A stretch of DNA of 64,000 nucleotides from a virus: IMG/VR virus record IMGVR_UViG_3300024358_000010. One strand, given 5' to 3'. Below the pieces are notes generated by a model. That model saw nothing but the letters and a program-made list of their open reading frames with translations. It searched no databases and was not told the DNA's origin. The number at the start of each line of letters is the position of its first letter. The stretch's first letter is position 1. Of this stretch, positions 38,067 through 47,476 are shown in pieces. The position numbers and the translations under genes are program-made.

Positions 38067-38922
38067 CGATTTTGCCCTTATTCTTTAGATGTTCTAGTTT
38101 GGTCTTAAGCTCTTCCTCGAGATGCTTGATCCGGAGATCCTTCTCCTTCTTGGCGTGCTCATATTCTAGATCGGCCATACGCTTAGCGTGATCGGTTTGA
38201 ATATCAGTCTGATCTTTTATGCGATCCATGTGATGGTCGTGCTTTTCCTGTTGGCGCTGTTGCTCGAGATCCATAGCTCGAGCTTCGTGGTCGCCACCGC
38301 CAGGCGTGTGACCGTGAACGATATAAGCTATTTCAGAGTCAGAGTACCCCTCTTGACGAAGAAGGTCGATTAACTTCTCCTCGTCGTACTCGTCTGTATC
38401 TTGGCTGGGCGCGCCTTGCTCAGGCGCAGCCTCTTGAGCGTCAGCATCAGGACCCTGATCTCCCTGGAGAGATGAAATATCCACTGCGTCTGATTGGTCC
38501 TCGGCATCTGGGTCCTCTATGGGTTGCTGTGCGCTTTGATCTACCTCTTGACTGCCAGCAGTTTGAGCTGTATCAGCGTCATCAGGAACCTGACCTCCAG
38601 CTGACGCTCCTTGATCGTCTTCATTTTGTTCTCGCATCGGCATGAAGGCCATCTCGTGGCTGATCTGCGCCTTAAGTAGTTCCCACCTTTCGATGAGCGA
38701 TTTTTTGAGCGGTTTGCGTAACGGTTCTTTGCCTGGGCCGCGGGTGATCGAGCCATCAGGGTTGGTGATCTCATGAGTATCTTCTTTGGAGAAGTCGAGG
38801 TCGTCGATCTCGCGGTGGTAAACCTTACCGTCTACGCCGTCGAGCTGGTAAGTAAAGCCATCTTCGCACTTCTCGATGCCCTTGATGTCTCGCCATTTGT
38901 TTTTATGTAGCGCTTTTGGCAT
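38050..38922 (-). CDS. acidic putative head protein
   Basis: Disordered acidic middle; PLKKS and LLKA sites. Confidence 0.6.
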   Translation of the reverse strand: MPKALHKNKWRDIKGIEKCEDGFTYQLDGVDGKVYHREIDDLDFSKEDTHEITNPDGSITRGPGKEPLRKPLKKSLIERWELLKAQISHEMAFMPMREQNEDDQGASAGGQVPDDADTAQTAGSQEVDQSAQQPIEDPDAEDQSDAVDISSLQGDQGPDADAQEAAPEQGAPSQDTDEYDEEKLIDLLRQEGYSDSEIAYIVHGHTPGGGDHEARAMDLEQQRQQEKHDHHMDRIKDQTDIQTDHAKRMADLEYEHAKKEKDLRIKHLEEELKTKLEHLKNKGKIDGKAN

Positions 38923-38944
38923 TGGTTTACCTTAAGTATTTCTA

Positions 38945-39778
38945 TTAGAAAAAGTCGATCAACAGCTTCTTTTGATAGTAATTGCGAGCAGCATCTAGTT
39001 CTTGTTGTACCTGCTCTTTTAGGTCAGCGATACGACCAGTAAGGAACTGGATACCAGGTGTACCTACACTTTGCGAAGTTCCGTCGAGTCCGATGCCGAT
39101 TGAGCTGTATGGAAAAATTAGGTGACCTAAAGCACTGAGCGCCATTAGCGCGGCCATCTTCTCTATCAAGCCAGAAACCATGGCGGGGACTTTGTCTGGC
39201 TCAAAGCCGGCGCGGTATTTAACTAAAACTGCACCCGGAAAATTAAATACGCCCATAGCCATAAGCGCCATGAATTGCGCGCCGGCGAACGATGACAATA
39301 CAAAACCAGATGTAGCTGTCCCCAGGACCGGCACTAGACGTATCGCACCCTCTTGACCGTTGACATACACAAATTCTAGCGGAAACTCGACCAGCGGCGG
39401 TAGCGGAGTTCCATTACCAAAACTTAACTGCACGGATTGACAATTCAGTATGGGTGAGTTGTTAAGTTTAATCCAAGCGTACTGCTGAGTCCAGATCTCG
39501 CGATCATAGTCGTGACGCTCTTCAAATGCCACGGGCGTAATAAAAATGTTGAGCTCGTGCTCTAATCTAGAAATAGCCTTAGTGATATAGTCATTAAGCG
39601 TGGTGTCGGAGATGGTCTGACCAGTAAGCGCAGACTTCAAAGGGATCCCAAACAAACTTGTCTCTTTTAAGGTTTGCGCAGTCGGCAGGGGGAGATATCT
39701 TGTTACCGACGGCTGTTCCTGCTCACTGTTCATGAACGGGAAGGGCGGATTTAATGGTGAGTTAGATATTCCCATCAC
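38945..39778 (-). CDS. head completion/neck protein
   Basis: YITKAISRLEHELNI, ERHDY, VKYRAGF and SIGIGLDG.SQS patterns; downstream of the capsid gene. Confidence 0.68.
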   Translation of the reverse strand: MMGISNSPLNPPFPFMNSEQEQPSVTRYLPLPTAQTLKETSLFGIPLKSALTGQTISDTTLNDYITKAISRLEHELNIFITPVAFEERHDYDREIWTQQYAWIKLNNSPILNCQSVQLSFGNGTPLPPLVEFPLEFVYVNGQEGAIRLVPVLGTATSGFVLSSFAGAQFMALMAMGVFNFPGAVLVKYRAGFEPDKVPAMVSGLIEKMAALMALSALGHLIFPYSSIGIGLDGTSQSVGTPGIQFLTGRIADLKEQVQQELDAARNYYQKKLLIDFF

Positions 39779-41287
39779 TTAGTCTTTCTTTGTTTGGAGC
39801 GACATCTTAGCCGCATCAATGCGCTGCATGCGTTCGTGCTGATCTGGTTTTGCCGCGCGACGAATTACAACTTTTGGTTTTTCTGGCGCAGGTGCGGGCG
39901 CTGCACCGGTTTCAGCCGGTGTCTGCGGCGCAGAAGCTTGAGTTTGAGGTTTTAATTTTGCCTGAGAAGCCTGAACCTCAGGTTTAAGTACTGATTCAAT
40001 GTATTTGCCATGTCTCTGTTGAAATAGTGAATATGGATCCCACTCTTCAGAAACGCCAGAACCCTTTTCGTCGTCGTCTTCTTTAGACTTATATCCCATA
40101 TGTTGAGCAGCAACCGCTGCAGAACCGGCAAAAGAAGGTTCATCTTCTTTTATTCCCTGTTTCTCGGATTCTTTGATCTGAGATTCGCTTTGCTGTATTC
40201 CTTCGACTGGTTCTTCGATACCTTCTGATTGCCCTAAGCCTTCAGATTGTGCCTGAGGAGTTTCGCGGACAAAACCTAAAGCTAGTCTTTGCTTCTCTTC
40301 TTTTAGACGCTGCTTTCTTGCTTCGCGACTTTCTTGAAACACCTGACCAGCTTTAGCGGATCCTAGAATTTCTTTGTTTCGATCTGCGTTCTGTCGGTGC
40401 CAGTTTTTCTTCCATTCTGAAATTCGTTTAAGCTTATCTTCGGGGCTCGCATTCTTGAGCTCATCAGAGCCTAAAAAGTTTTCATATGCCTTGTTATAAT
40501 CTGAATAAACTTGACTATGTGCCTGCTGTCGTTTGTGTTGCGCATACAGTTCAGGATTTTCCTCGGGAACGAGCGATTCTGCTTCTCTAGCCTTTTGCGC
40601 TTCAAGCAGTTGAGCTGCCATTGGACGCAATCTTTCTAAGATTTTTGGCGATAATTCTGTTGGGTTTATTTGCGACCTTAAGGCGTGCTCGTATGTCTCT
40701 GCCTCGCCTCGTCCGCGCTTATTAGATCCAACCTTTTTAATCGAGACCATGTGTGCTGCTTCGCGGGGATGGTATCCCGCTTGGATAAGCTTTTGCATCT
40801 GCTCAAGCTCTTGCGGGGTGTGATCCGGGTGCTGGGCCCAATCCCTACGATAACTTTTCTTTACGTCATCTGCTTTAGACAGATCTTCTATTAATTCTGA
40901 CTTTAAAGCGCTCAATGCAATTTGAAGACTTTGCAAGTATTCAGCTTTAACTAAGTGCATGCCAGCGCGTTTGGTTTTAACTGATTGTATGTCTTTGATC
41001 TTTTGTTTCTGCTCTGGTGACAGCAGTCGATCTTTGTTAGATTGCCACCAGGCATGTAGAGCTTCGTGAGCTTCTTGCGGAATGGTGGTCTTTTTCCCCT
41101 GGGCAGCTAATGCACGCTCTACTAAAATATTTTGATGATCTTGATCAGCTTTAGACATCCCGCCCATCTGCTTGAAGATGTGCATTATTAAAGGCCAACG
41201 CTTAGATTTGCCTTGCTCTGCGGCAATCTCTTTGGCCTTTTCCCACTTCTTCTCTTGTGATGGTGTTTCTATGACGCCTTTTGGCAT
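39779..41287 (-). CDS. putative internal head protein
   Basis: EKKWEKAKEIA..WPLIMHIFKQM module; MSKA, LVKA and LSKA sites. Confidence 0.6.
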   Translation of the reverse strand: MPKGVIETPSQEKKWEKAKEIAAEQGKSKRWPLIMHIFKQMGGMSKADQDHQNILVERALAAQGKKTTIPQEAHEALHAWWQSNKDRLLSPEQKQKIKDIQSVKTKRAGMHLVKAEYLQSLQIALSALKSELIEDLSKADDVKKSYRRDWAQHPDHTPQELEQMQKLIQAGYHPREAAHMVSIKKVGSNKRGRGEAETYEHALRSQINPTELSPKILERLRPMAAQLLEAQKAREAESLVPEENPELYAQHKRQQAHSQVYSDYNKAYENFLGSDELKNASPEDKLKRISEWKKNWHRQNADRNKEILGSAKAGQVFQESREARKQRLKEEKQRLALGFVRETPQAQSEGLGQSEGIEEPVEGIQQSESQIKESEKQGIKEDEPSFAGSAAVAAQHMGYKSKEDDDEKGSGVSEEWDPYSLFQQRHGKYIESVLKPEVQASQAKLKPQTQASAPQTPAETGAAPAPAPEKPKVVIRRAAKPDQHERMQRIDAAKMSLQTKKD

Positions 41288-41296
41288 AAGTAAATC

Positions 41297-42499
41297 CTAC
41301 GATTTTTTTCCTGGCAATAAATCCCAAAGAGCTTGCACATCAGGGGAGCGGGTATATTCTTCTTTTTTAGCCGGCGCAGCAGGTGTCGCTGACGGAGCGG
41401 TAGGCGCTGAAGCAGACGTGCCGTATTTTAATATCTGCTGAGCAGAGCGCATAGGATCGGCGCTCTTGCCAGAAGATTTTTTAGACCCTTTGGATTCGTA
41501 CCATGGATCAACTTTTTTAGATGTAGGGTGGACTGGTTCTCCAACTTGCTGACCACGCGATTCGTGCGCCCCTGATTCTCGCAGTGAGTTTTGATGAGCA
41601 GTGTGAGCAGCAAAATGAGGTGTATCGTAGAAATCCTCGTGATCAATCATGTACTGCATTGCCCGATCGCTACCGTCTGGTATTTCGCTTTGCTTAAGGT
41701 CGCTTAGCTTCATGATTGGATGGTTGTCGAATGCGTGAGATTTGTTTCCGTCAAATAAGTTTTCAACTGGGTCAATAGATATATGCTTGCCATTGATTGC
41801 GACATGCTCCATTGGATATGCGCCAACGTGACCGTGGGTGCTTACTTCTGCCATTTCTGATTCATGGGGATCGTTCTGTAGGAACGACCAATCGTTACCT
41901 GCAGGTTCAAATCTAAAAGCACCCTTAGTGTCGTTTATGTATGCGTTTGGCGTTAAAAGACCTTGGTGCATCTTTCCCTTTCCCTTGCCGCCGGGCAGAT
42001 GCCAAGTGTTAACTTTTTCCGCATATGCAGGGTCTCTAGCTATTCGCTGGGCGAACGTTTCTAAATTTCTTGGATGTCCTCTTTCCCACGGTTTTATGTC
42101 AACTCGATCAATCTGCAGCGCACCGCCGGTGTGTGGTTCTGCTTGAACACCGAATCTAAGTATCTTAAAAAAATTACCGGCATGCTCATTGGCTAGCTTT
42201 TTATTACCGGTTGCCAAAGCGGCTTTATAGCGCGATGCATGGTGGCTTAAAGCTTCGCGAATCATGTCTGGAAGACGACTGGATGTGGCAGGATCTTTGG
42301 TGTCGTTTTTGATCTCGTTGGCAAAATGCTTGATTGCGGCATTGGCAGCGCCACCTGAAGCTTTATTTTCCGCCATCTTGCGCAAAGATTCTATGACCTG
42401 ATTAGTCAACACCTCGTCTGCGATAACTTGAATAATAGTTCTTAACGACTCATCTTCAGTCTTGCGGAGAAGAAGCTCTTTTAGAGAAGATAAGCTCAT
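41297..42499 (-). CDS. hypothetical, probably virion, protein
   Basis: 400-aa His-rich ORF in the head block. Confidence 0.6.
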   Translation of the reverse strand: MSLSSLKELLLRKTEDESLRTIIQVIADEVLTNQVIESLRKMAENKASGGAANAAIKHFANEIKNDTKDPATSSRLPDMIREALSHHASRYKAALATGNKKLANEHAGNFFKILRFGVQAEPHTGGALQIDRVDIKPWERGHPRNLETFAQRIARDPAYAEKVNTWHLPGGKGKGKMHQGLLTPNAYINDTKGAFRFEPAGNDWSFLQNDPHESEMAEVSTHGHVGAYPMEHVAINGKHISIDPVENLFDGNKSHAFDNHPIMKLSDLKQSEIPDGSDRAMQYMIDHEDFYDTPHFAAHTAHQNSLRESGAHESRGQQVGEPVHPTSKKVDPWYESKGSKKSSGKSADPMRSAQQILKYGTSASAPTAPSATPAAPAKKEEYTRSPDVQALWDLLPGKKS

Positions 42500-42500
42500 G

Positions 42501-42806
42501 TTAGTCCCTGTCTACTTCTAGACCGATCTGCACGTACGCCGCACCTGAAACAACGAGCGTTACTGTGTCTTTTTTGTCAGAGTTTGTTCCGCGACCAGCA
42601 TTGAGATAAAAAATCTCACCCGCAGTAAGCCCTGCCGCAAGTACACCATCTAGAACTACGTTTCCAGCGGCTGTAGCTCGGACTCGAATTGCGCAGTACT
42701 TTGGCACTTCCCAGGTTCCTGAAAAACCAGAACTTATCTCACGCCACACTAGACCGACATCCGCAACTCGGCTGGCACCTGTGGGTAAATTGATGGCTCT
42801 TGACAT
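42501..42806 (-). CDS. small putative virion protein
   Basis: AGGAG RBS; GTATAAT upstream. Confidence 0.65.
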   Translation of the reverse strand: MSRAINLPTGASRVADVGLVWREISSGFSGTWEVPKYCAIRVRATAAGNVVLDGVLAAGLTAGEIFYLNAGRGTNSDKKDTVTLVVSGAAYVQIGLEVDRD

Positions 42807-42868
42807 GCAGTCTCTCCTCGTTAAGCTGAAGTAATTATACCAGCTTCCGAGGTTGACAACTTCGGAAA

Positions 42869-43492
42869 TCAGATCTTATTTCTAAGTACCGCTTTAAGCT
42901 TAAGATCTTGTAATTGTTTAGTAATTTTAACATCGCACTTAAGATCGTTGTCGGTCAACCAATCCGGATTGGCCGACACATACGCGTGTACTTCGTCAAC
43001 GTGTACAGATTGGTGATAACCCATATCGGCCACCTCGAGGAAGAGGTGCGCGAGCTTGTCTAGGTTGTCACTGATTATCTTCTGCGCGGCGGCGCGGTAC
43101 TCAGGATCCACGTAGAACAGCGCGTGGCAGATCTCGTGCTCTAGAGCGTCTGAACCCTCGTTGGCGCCGATTACGTAGAACGGCTGGGGCTCGTCCACGA
43201 ACGCAGCGATCAGTGCTTTCTCCCTATCAGACAGCGGATCAAAGTTACCGCGTTTAAACGGATCAAACATCGACGACGGGATATTGAAGCCAGACCAGTC
43301 ATCGACGTACGAGAACGATCCGTTCTCGGCAGCGTACCATGCTTTAAACTCATCTAATGAGAATGCTTGGCCACGAAATCTCGGCGATTCGTAGCACTCT
43401 TGAAAGCGCAAAAACGAAAGGGCCAGATCTTCCTGGGTATCGAAAGACACGAGCCACACGTTCTTGAGTATTTGAGTCTTCTTCATGATCAC
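42869..43492 (-). CDS. HExxH-containing putative metallopeptidase
   Basis: HEICHALFY with downstream DEVHAY; FLRFQECYES and WSGFNIP motifs. Confidence 0.55.
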   Translation of the reverse strand: MIMKKTQILKNVWLVSFDTQEDLALSFLRFQECYESPRFRGQAFSLDEFKAWYAAENGSFSYVDDWSGFNIPSSMFDPFKRGNFDPLSDREKALIAAFVDEPQPFYVIGANEGSDALEHEICHALFYVDPEYRAAAQKIISDNLDKLAHLFLEVADMGYHQSVHVDEVHAYVSANPDWLTDNDLKCDVKITKQLQDLKLKAVLRNKI

Positions 43493-43863
43493 TCAGGATC
43501 TGAGGCGGAGAAATCTAAAGCAGAGATGTTTGGCAGCAAACTAGCCAACGTCTCCCTGGTCAGGGTTAGAGTTCCACCGTCGAAGTCAACCAGAACTAGC
43601 ATATCTAAAGAATATACAGATCTCGCACGCAAACTGAGCGAAAGCGATGCTTCCGGTGCCGCCGGCGAATAGTCGAACGTTAGAATCTTTCTCTGATTGC
43701 CCTCGTCAGAGGAGTAATGTGCGACGACTCTGCTGATGTTGGCGTCAACGGTCCAGTAAAGATCCGTGGCCACTGGCGCAAGCGCAGATAAGGCAGATTT
43801 ATCCAGAGTCAATGTTGTTGGCGTACCTTTTACTACAGATCCAGAGAAGTTTAGTAAAGCCAT
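43489..43863 (-). CDS. small protein similar to the C-terminal domain of the giant Fn3 protein
   Basis: GAGG RBS before ATG 43863; 12/50 ungapped identities to the giant protein's C-terminus. Confidence 0.6.
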   Translation of the reverse strand: MALLNFSGSVVKGTPTTLTLDKSALSALAPVATDLYWTVDANISRVVAHYSSDEGNQRKILTFDYSPAAPEASLSLSLRARSVYSLDMLVLVDFDGGTLTLTRETLASLLPNISALDFSASDPE

Positions 43864-43892
43864 GGTGGTCCTCGAATATATGGGCAATATTG

Positions 43893-45086
43893 TTATACTT
43901 TGGGGTAGAGAGAACGTAGATAGTTTAAAACCTCAGCTGATGTTCCAGAAAAATGAGATTTGGCGACCGTAGATCTGTGGCGCTTTACGGCCTTCGCTAT
44001 CTCGTCGCGGTCTGGGACCCCGCCGCGACTCGCTATTCTCTCGCAGATCGTGTCTAACGATTCATCTATCGCGATAAGTTCGCATGGCCAAACTTGGCTG
44101 TATCTAGAGAATATAGTCGACGCCTTTCTAAATGGATCATAAAGTACTGGTTTGTCTGGGCATTGACTCGCGAGCTGCATTACCTTCAGGAGGTGCTGTT
44201 CCTTGGGCACCTTGTCAAAGGACACGTAGGAATAATGGTCTGAGAGCTGATTGCAGACCCATGATTTTCCGCTGCCAGAAGGCCCGCACACGATAATCAA
44301 CCTGACTGGTGCGCTGTAGTTCGCGCGCATCCTTGCTATCCATTCATCGAACTGCGCCTCGGTGTTTTCGCGTCGACCGTACTCGTCATGAAACTCTTTA
44401 TGATGTGCGTGGCATAGCGTGACGCCATTGCTTACGTCAAATCTACGCTCGACGCACCAGTGGAAGCCGTCTTTATGATGAACGGTTAAGTTGCTTTTAC
44501 GCTTAACTATGCAGGCGGGCGCTGTGCACCTATTTTTATCGCGCTGTAAAACAGCGATCTCAAAAGCTTTATATTCTGGTGAGCTTCGTTCTTTGCGCTG
44601 CCCCTCAACAGCCCATCCATCAAAATCTTCAACCTCAATACTACGAACAGTGCACGAAGCCTTTATCGCTCTTCGTAAAACTTCTTCTTTGGGGGCATTC
44701 TGATACCAGACCTTAGTCGCTTGAGATAGTTTTCGTTTGGCGGATTTAGTGTGCTTCCGACCTTTAAAGGGAGACTCCATCCCTTGTTTAGACCAGTGAC
44801 TTTCACTCATCTTCCTTTTAGATTCTTCTGAGACAAACTTACTTTGGTTTCGCTTTGCCTTGATCATTTCTGGTCGGTTGTGGTGACACTTATAGCACAG
44901 CGCGTTTTTGCGCGACGCGCGCAATGTGATTACTCGCTCGACGCCGCAGGATGGGCAATTATCGATCACCTTTAGTTTCTTCTTGGAGATTTTGTTGGCG
45001 GATGCAAACTCAGCGTTCGTGCGGCGGCGGACTGACGGATCGATGTCGTATCCGAATACTTCTTTTGTACGTTCACGATTTAGCAT
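43893..45086 (-). CDS. NUMOD3-HNH homing endonuclease fused to a P-loop kinase
   Basis: CPSC/CYKC zinc ribbon; SEESKRKMSES and HTKSAKRKLS; VHH...NGVTLCHAHHKEFH; C-terminal CGPSGSGKS. Confidence 0.8.
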   Translation of the reverse strand: MLNRERTKEVFGYDIDPSVRRRTNAEFASANKISKKKLKVIDNCPSCGVERVITLRASRKNALCYKCHHNRPEMIKAKRNQSKFVSEESKRKMSESHWSKQGMESPFKGRKHTKSAKRKLSQATKVWYQNAPKEEVLRRAIKASCTVRSIEVEDFDGWAVEGQRKERSSPEYKAFEIAVLQRDKNRCTAPACIVKRKSNLTVHHKDGFHWCVERRFDVSNGVTLCHAHHKEFHDEYGRRENTEAQFDEWIARMRANYSAPVRLIIVCGPSGSGKSWVCNQLSDHYSYVSFDKVPKEQHLLKVMQLASQCPDKPVLYDPFRKASTIFSRYSQVWPCELIAIDESLDTICERIASRGGVPDRDEIAKAVKRHRSTVAKSHFSGTSAEVLNYLRSLYPKV

Positions 45087-45188
45087 ATAAAGAACCCTCT
45101 TTGTCTATTATACACGAAGAGCGGTCAGTATATTGTTAAAGTTGAAATCTTTACATAAGGTGCGTTGTTTGTGTAATGATAGACAAAA

Positions 45189-45212
45189 AGGGCACCCTAT
45201 AACGGGTGCCCT
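45189..45212 (-). terminator. intrinsic terminator after the major capsid gene
   Basis: AGGGCACCC-tataac-GGGTGCCCT followed by a U-tract on the - strand. Confidence 0.85.
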
Positions 45213-45243
45213 CAGTATCACTTTAATCAGTGATCTTAATAAC

Positions 45244-46698
45244 TTACTTGCCAGCGTTCTTCATAACACCTTGGAAGCGAGGTGCGTAAACAAATAGCGC
45301 TCCGTACATGAGCAAAAGGAACTCTAAAGCCGTAGTCACGACGGCCAGGTTCATTTTTGCGAGAGGGGCAAGTTGCTTGAACTTCATCGACTCAGAGCTG
45401 AGGTCCAGCAAGAAAGCTTCGCCAAGTCCTGGGCGCTTCTTACCGGCGTCGACGATCGCGGAGATCCCGAGGCGGTAGTTGCCGATGAACTGAGCGGTCG
45501 TAGCTGCTCCACCGTTGGTGGTACGGTACAGCTTGAAGTACTTCACGCTGGAGGGGACGGCGCCCGTGATCGCGATGGTGACGCTTTGGCCAGCGGTGGC
45601 GGTAACAGCGGAAGTGGTGAGAACTGGGGCAGACTCACCAAAGTCATTGCACAGCGTCAAGGCGTAGTGGTACGTACCGGCGGCGAGGTCGGAGCCTGCG
45701 CCAGCGGCAGTTCCAGCGATGCTGAGACCAGCAACGCCAGGAGCATTGGCGTTCACGGCAGAGGCGCGAACCTGCTGACGAGGACGGAGGAAGAGGTTTG
45801 GCTTGAGGTCGATCGCGCCAGCGGTCGTGGTCACTTTCGACACGTCGTAGCCGACAGTTTGACCGCTGAGACCTGGCTCAGAGCGGAACTGAGGATAGAA
45901 CTGACGAACGAAAGCGGAGATCACGATTGGCTCAGCGTGGAACTGAGTAGGCGAACCGAAGTTCTCAAGAGCTTTAACAGCGAGGGTCTCGATGTCGTCT
46001 TGAGCGAGGGTTGCACCGGCGAGGTCAAGAACGATCGAGGAGGACTCAGCGCCCCAACCTTGGAAGTCCTTGGAGATGAATTGGCTGTCGGTGTCACCTT
46101 TGAGGATCTGCTGGAGCAGACCAGACATCGCGATGGTGTTGACCGGAAGGTCAGCAGTCGCGCCGGTTTGTGCACCGGTGGCGTCGGTGAAGTGCGCGTT
46201 ACCCCAGTAGAGTTCGCGCTCGACGTTTTTCAGAAGGTCCATAGTTCCTTCTTTTGCTTGCTGAGCAACGACGTCGCCCACAGAGGTGCGGACGAGGGTC
46301 ATCTGGTGGCTCACCTTACGACGCTTACTGAAGAAGGCGATCCTTTGACCGTCACGTACGTACGTGGAGTCTTCTTCTTGGCCAGCGCCACCTTCACCGA
46401 TGTAAGGCGAAGCGTCAGAGCCGTAACCGACGAGACGGTTGTACTGCTCAAACAGGTTGTAGGCTTTGTCGATGCTGAGGGCAGGCCACAGCTTCAGGTT
46501 TTTCATATCGAAGGTCACGACTTTAAGGGTCGATTCCAGCGATTCCGTTTGGATCACGCCACCGTAGGTGAGGTCGGTCGGGCGACCAGCGTAGCCGTAG
46601 CCAGCGCTGAGAGCCTTGTTGAGGTTTTCGACTTCAGCCTGGGAGACGAGACCTTGCTCCAGACCTTGCATGATTTGATTAAGTGCGTCTTGATACAT
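45244..46698 (-). CDS. major capsid protein (SPO1/Twort-like)
   Basis: N-terminal LNKALSAGYG...QTESLE like the Herelleviridae MCP KS/FTTGYG processing site; ELYWGN, QLAPLAKMNLA, LMYGAL; strong codon bias. Confidence 0.9.
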   Translation of the reverse strand: MYQDALNQIMQGLEQGLVSQAEVENLNKALSAGYGYAGRPTDLTYGGVIQTESLESTLKVVTFDMKNLKLWPALSIDKAYNLFEQYNRLVGYGSDASPYIGEGGAGQEEDSTYVRDGQRIAFFSKRRKVSHQMTLVRTSVGDVVAQQAKEGTMDLLKNVERELYWGNAHFTDATGAQTGATADLPVNTIAMSGLLQQILKGDTDSQFISKDFQGWGAESSSIVLDLAGATLAQDDIETLAVKALENFGSPTQFHAEPIVISAFVRQFYPQFRSEPGLSGQTVGYDVSKVTTTAGAIDLKPNLFLRPRQQVRASAVNANAPGVAGLSIAGTAAGAGSDLAAGTYHYALTLCNDFGESAPVLTTSAVTATAGQSVTIAITGAVPSSVKYFKLYRTTNGGAATTAQFIGNYRLGISAIVDAGKKRPGLGEAFLLDLSSESMKFKQLAPLAKMNLAVVTTALEFLLLMYGALFVYAPRFQGVMKNAGK

Positions 46699-46716
46699 AT
46701 TCTCTTATCTCCCTTA

Positions 46717-47457
46717 TTACTTAATGCCGTATTTGGTTGCGATTTCTTGCAGCTCGGATGCGGATCCGATCTCTGCCTTGAGGACATCCTCAGTAGGAAC
46801 TTCCTTACCTGATTTCTTTAGCGTGATGAGTTCGCCGAGAACTTGAGACTTGTTAAGCGGCTCAGCTTCGACTGATCCTTTTGCTAGGGGCTGAACGTTT
46901 TTATACGTCGCGCCGCGAGCAGGAACCGGAGCATCTGCGAGCTTCTTAACAGCTTCGAGAACTTGGCTGATTTGACTTTCAAGAGGAGCGACGCGAGCCT
47001 CGATTGACTTGGCAAGCTTCTTCTCCATCTTTTTCATCTTCTTCTCTTTATCTTCTTTGGCCATTTCGTTGACGCCTTCGGCTTTTTCAGCTTCTTCTTC
47101 GTCTTCTTCGTCGGCCTTGCCCATGTGTTTATCGTGTTCTGCTTTGCACATCTCACGCTTTTTCATGGCTTCTTTGTAAGCTTTTTCAGCTTTCTCGCAC
47201 TCTTCCTCTGCCTTTTTATAAGCGTGTTCTGCTTTTTTGGCTTCGTCTTCGTGCTCTTCTTCTTCGTCTTCTTTATCTTCTTCTTTCTCATCTTCTTCGT
47301 CGGCTTTGCTGACCGCGTGAGTTTCAGTGGATCCGTCTGCGCCGTGATCCAGTTCAATCTCTTCCGCGGAAAAGCGATCGCTCTTCTTCAGAGCTTCGAT
47401 CTCAGCAAGCGTCTCGTCGATAAGATCGGTAAGACTTTTAGCGAGATTCTTTTCCAT
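46717..47457 (-). CDS. capsid scaffolding protein
   Basis: Highly charged coiled coil directly upstream of the MCP; many LxK[SAG] sites. Confidence 0.75.
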   Translation of the reverse strand: MEKNLAKSLTDLIDETLAEIEALKKSDRFSAEEIELDHGADGSTETHAVSKADEEDEKEEDKEDEEEEHEDEAKKAEHAYKKAEEECEKAEKAYKEAMKKREMCKAEHDKHMGKADEEDEEEAEKAEGVNEMAKEDKEKKMKKMEKKLAKSIEARVAPLESQISQVLEAVKKLADAPVPARGATYKNVQPLAKGSVEAEPLNKSQVLGELITLKKSGKEVPTEDVLKAEIGSASELQEIATKYGIK

Positions 47458-47476
47458 GGTAGTTGCCTCCTAAGCC

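Noticed and set aside
43893-43898. GTATAA motif upstream of ORF 43863
   Set aside because: It coincides with the last codon and TAA stop of the HNH-kinase gene, so it was not counted as independent promoter evidence
45373-46812. 479-aa + strand ORF antisense to the major capsid gene
   Set aside because: A shadow ORF expected from the strong codon bias of the MCP; no RBS or motifs
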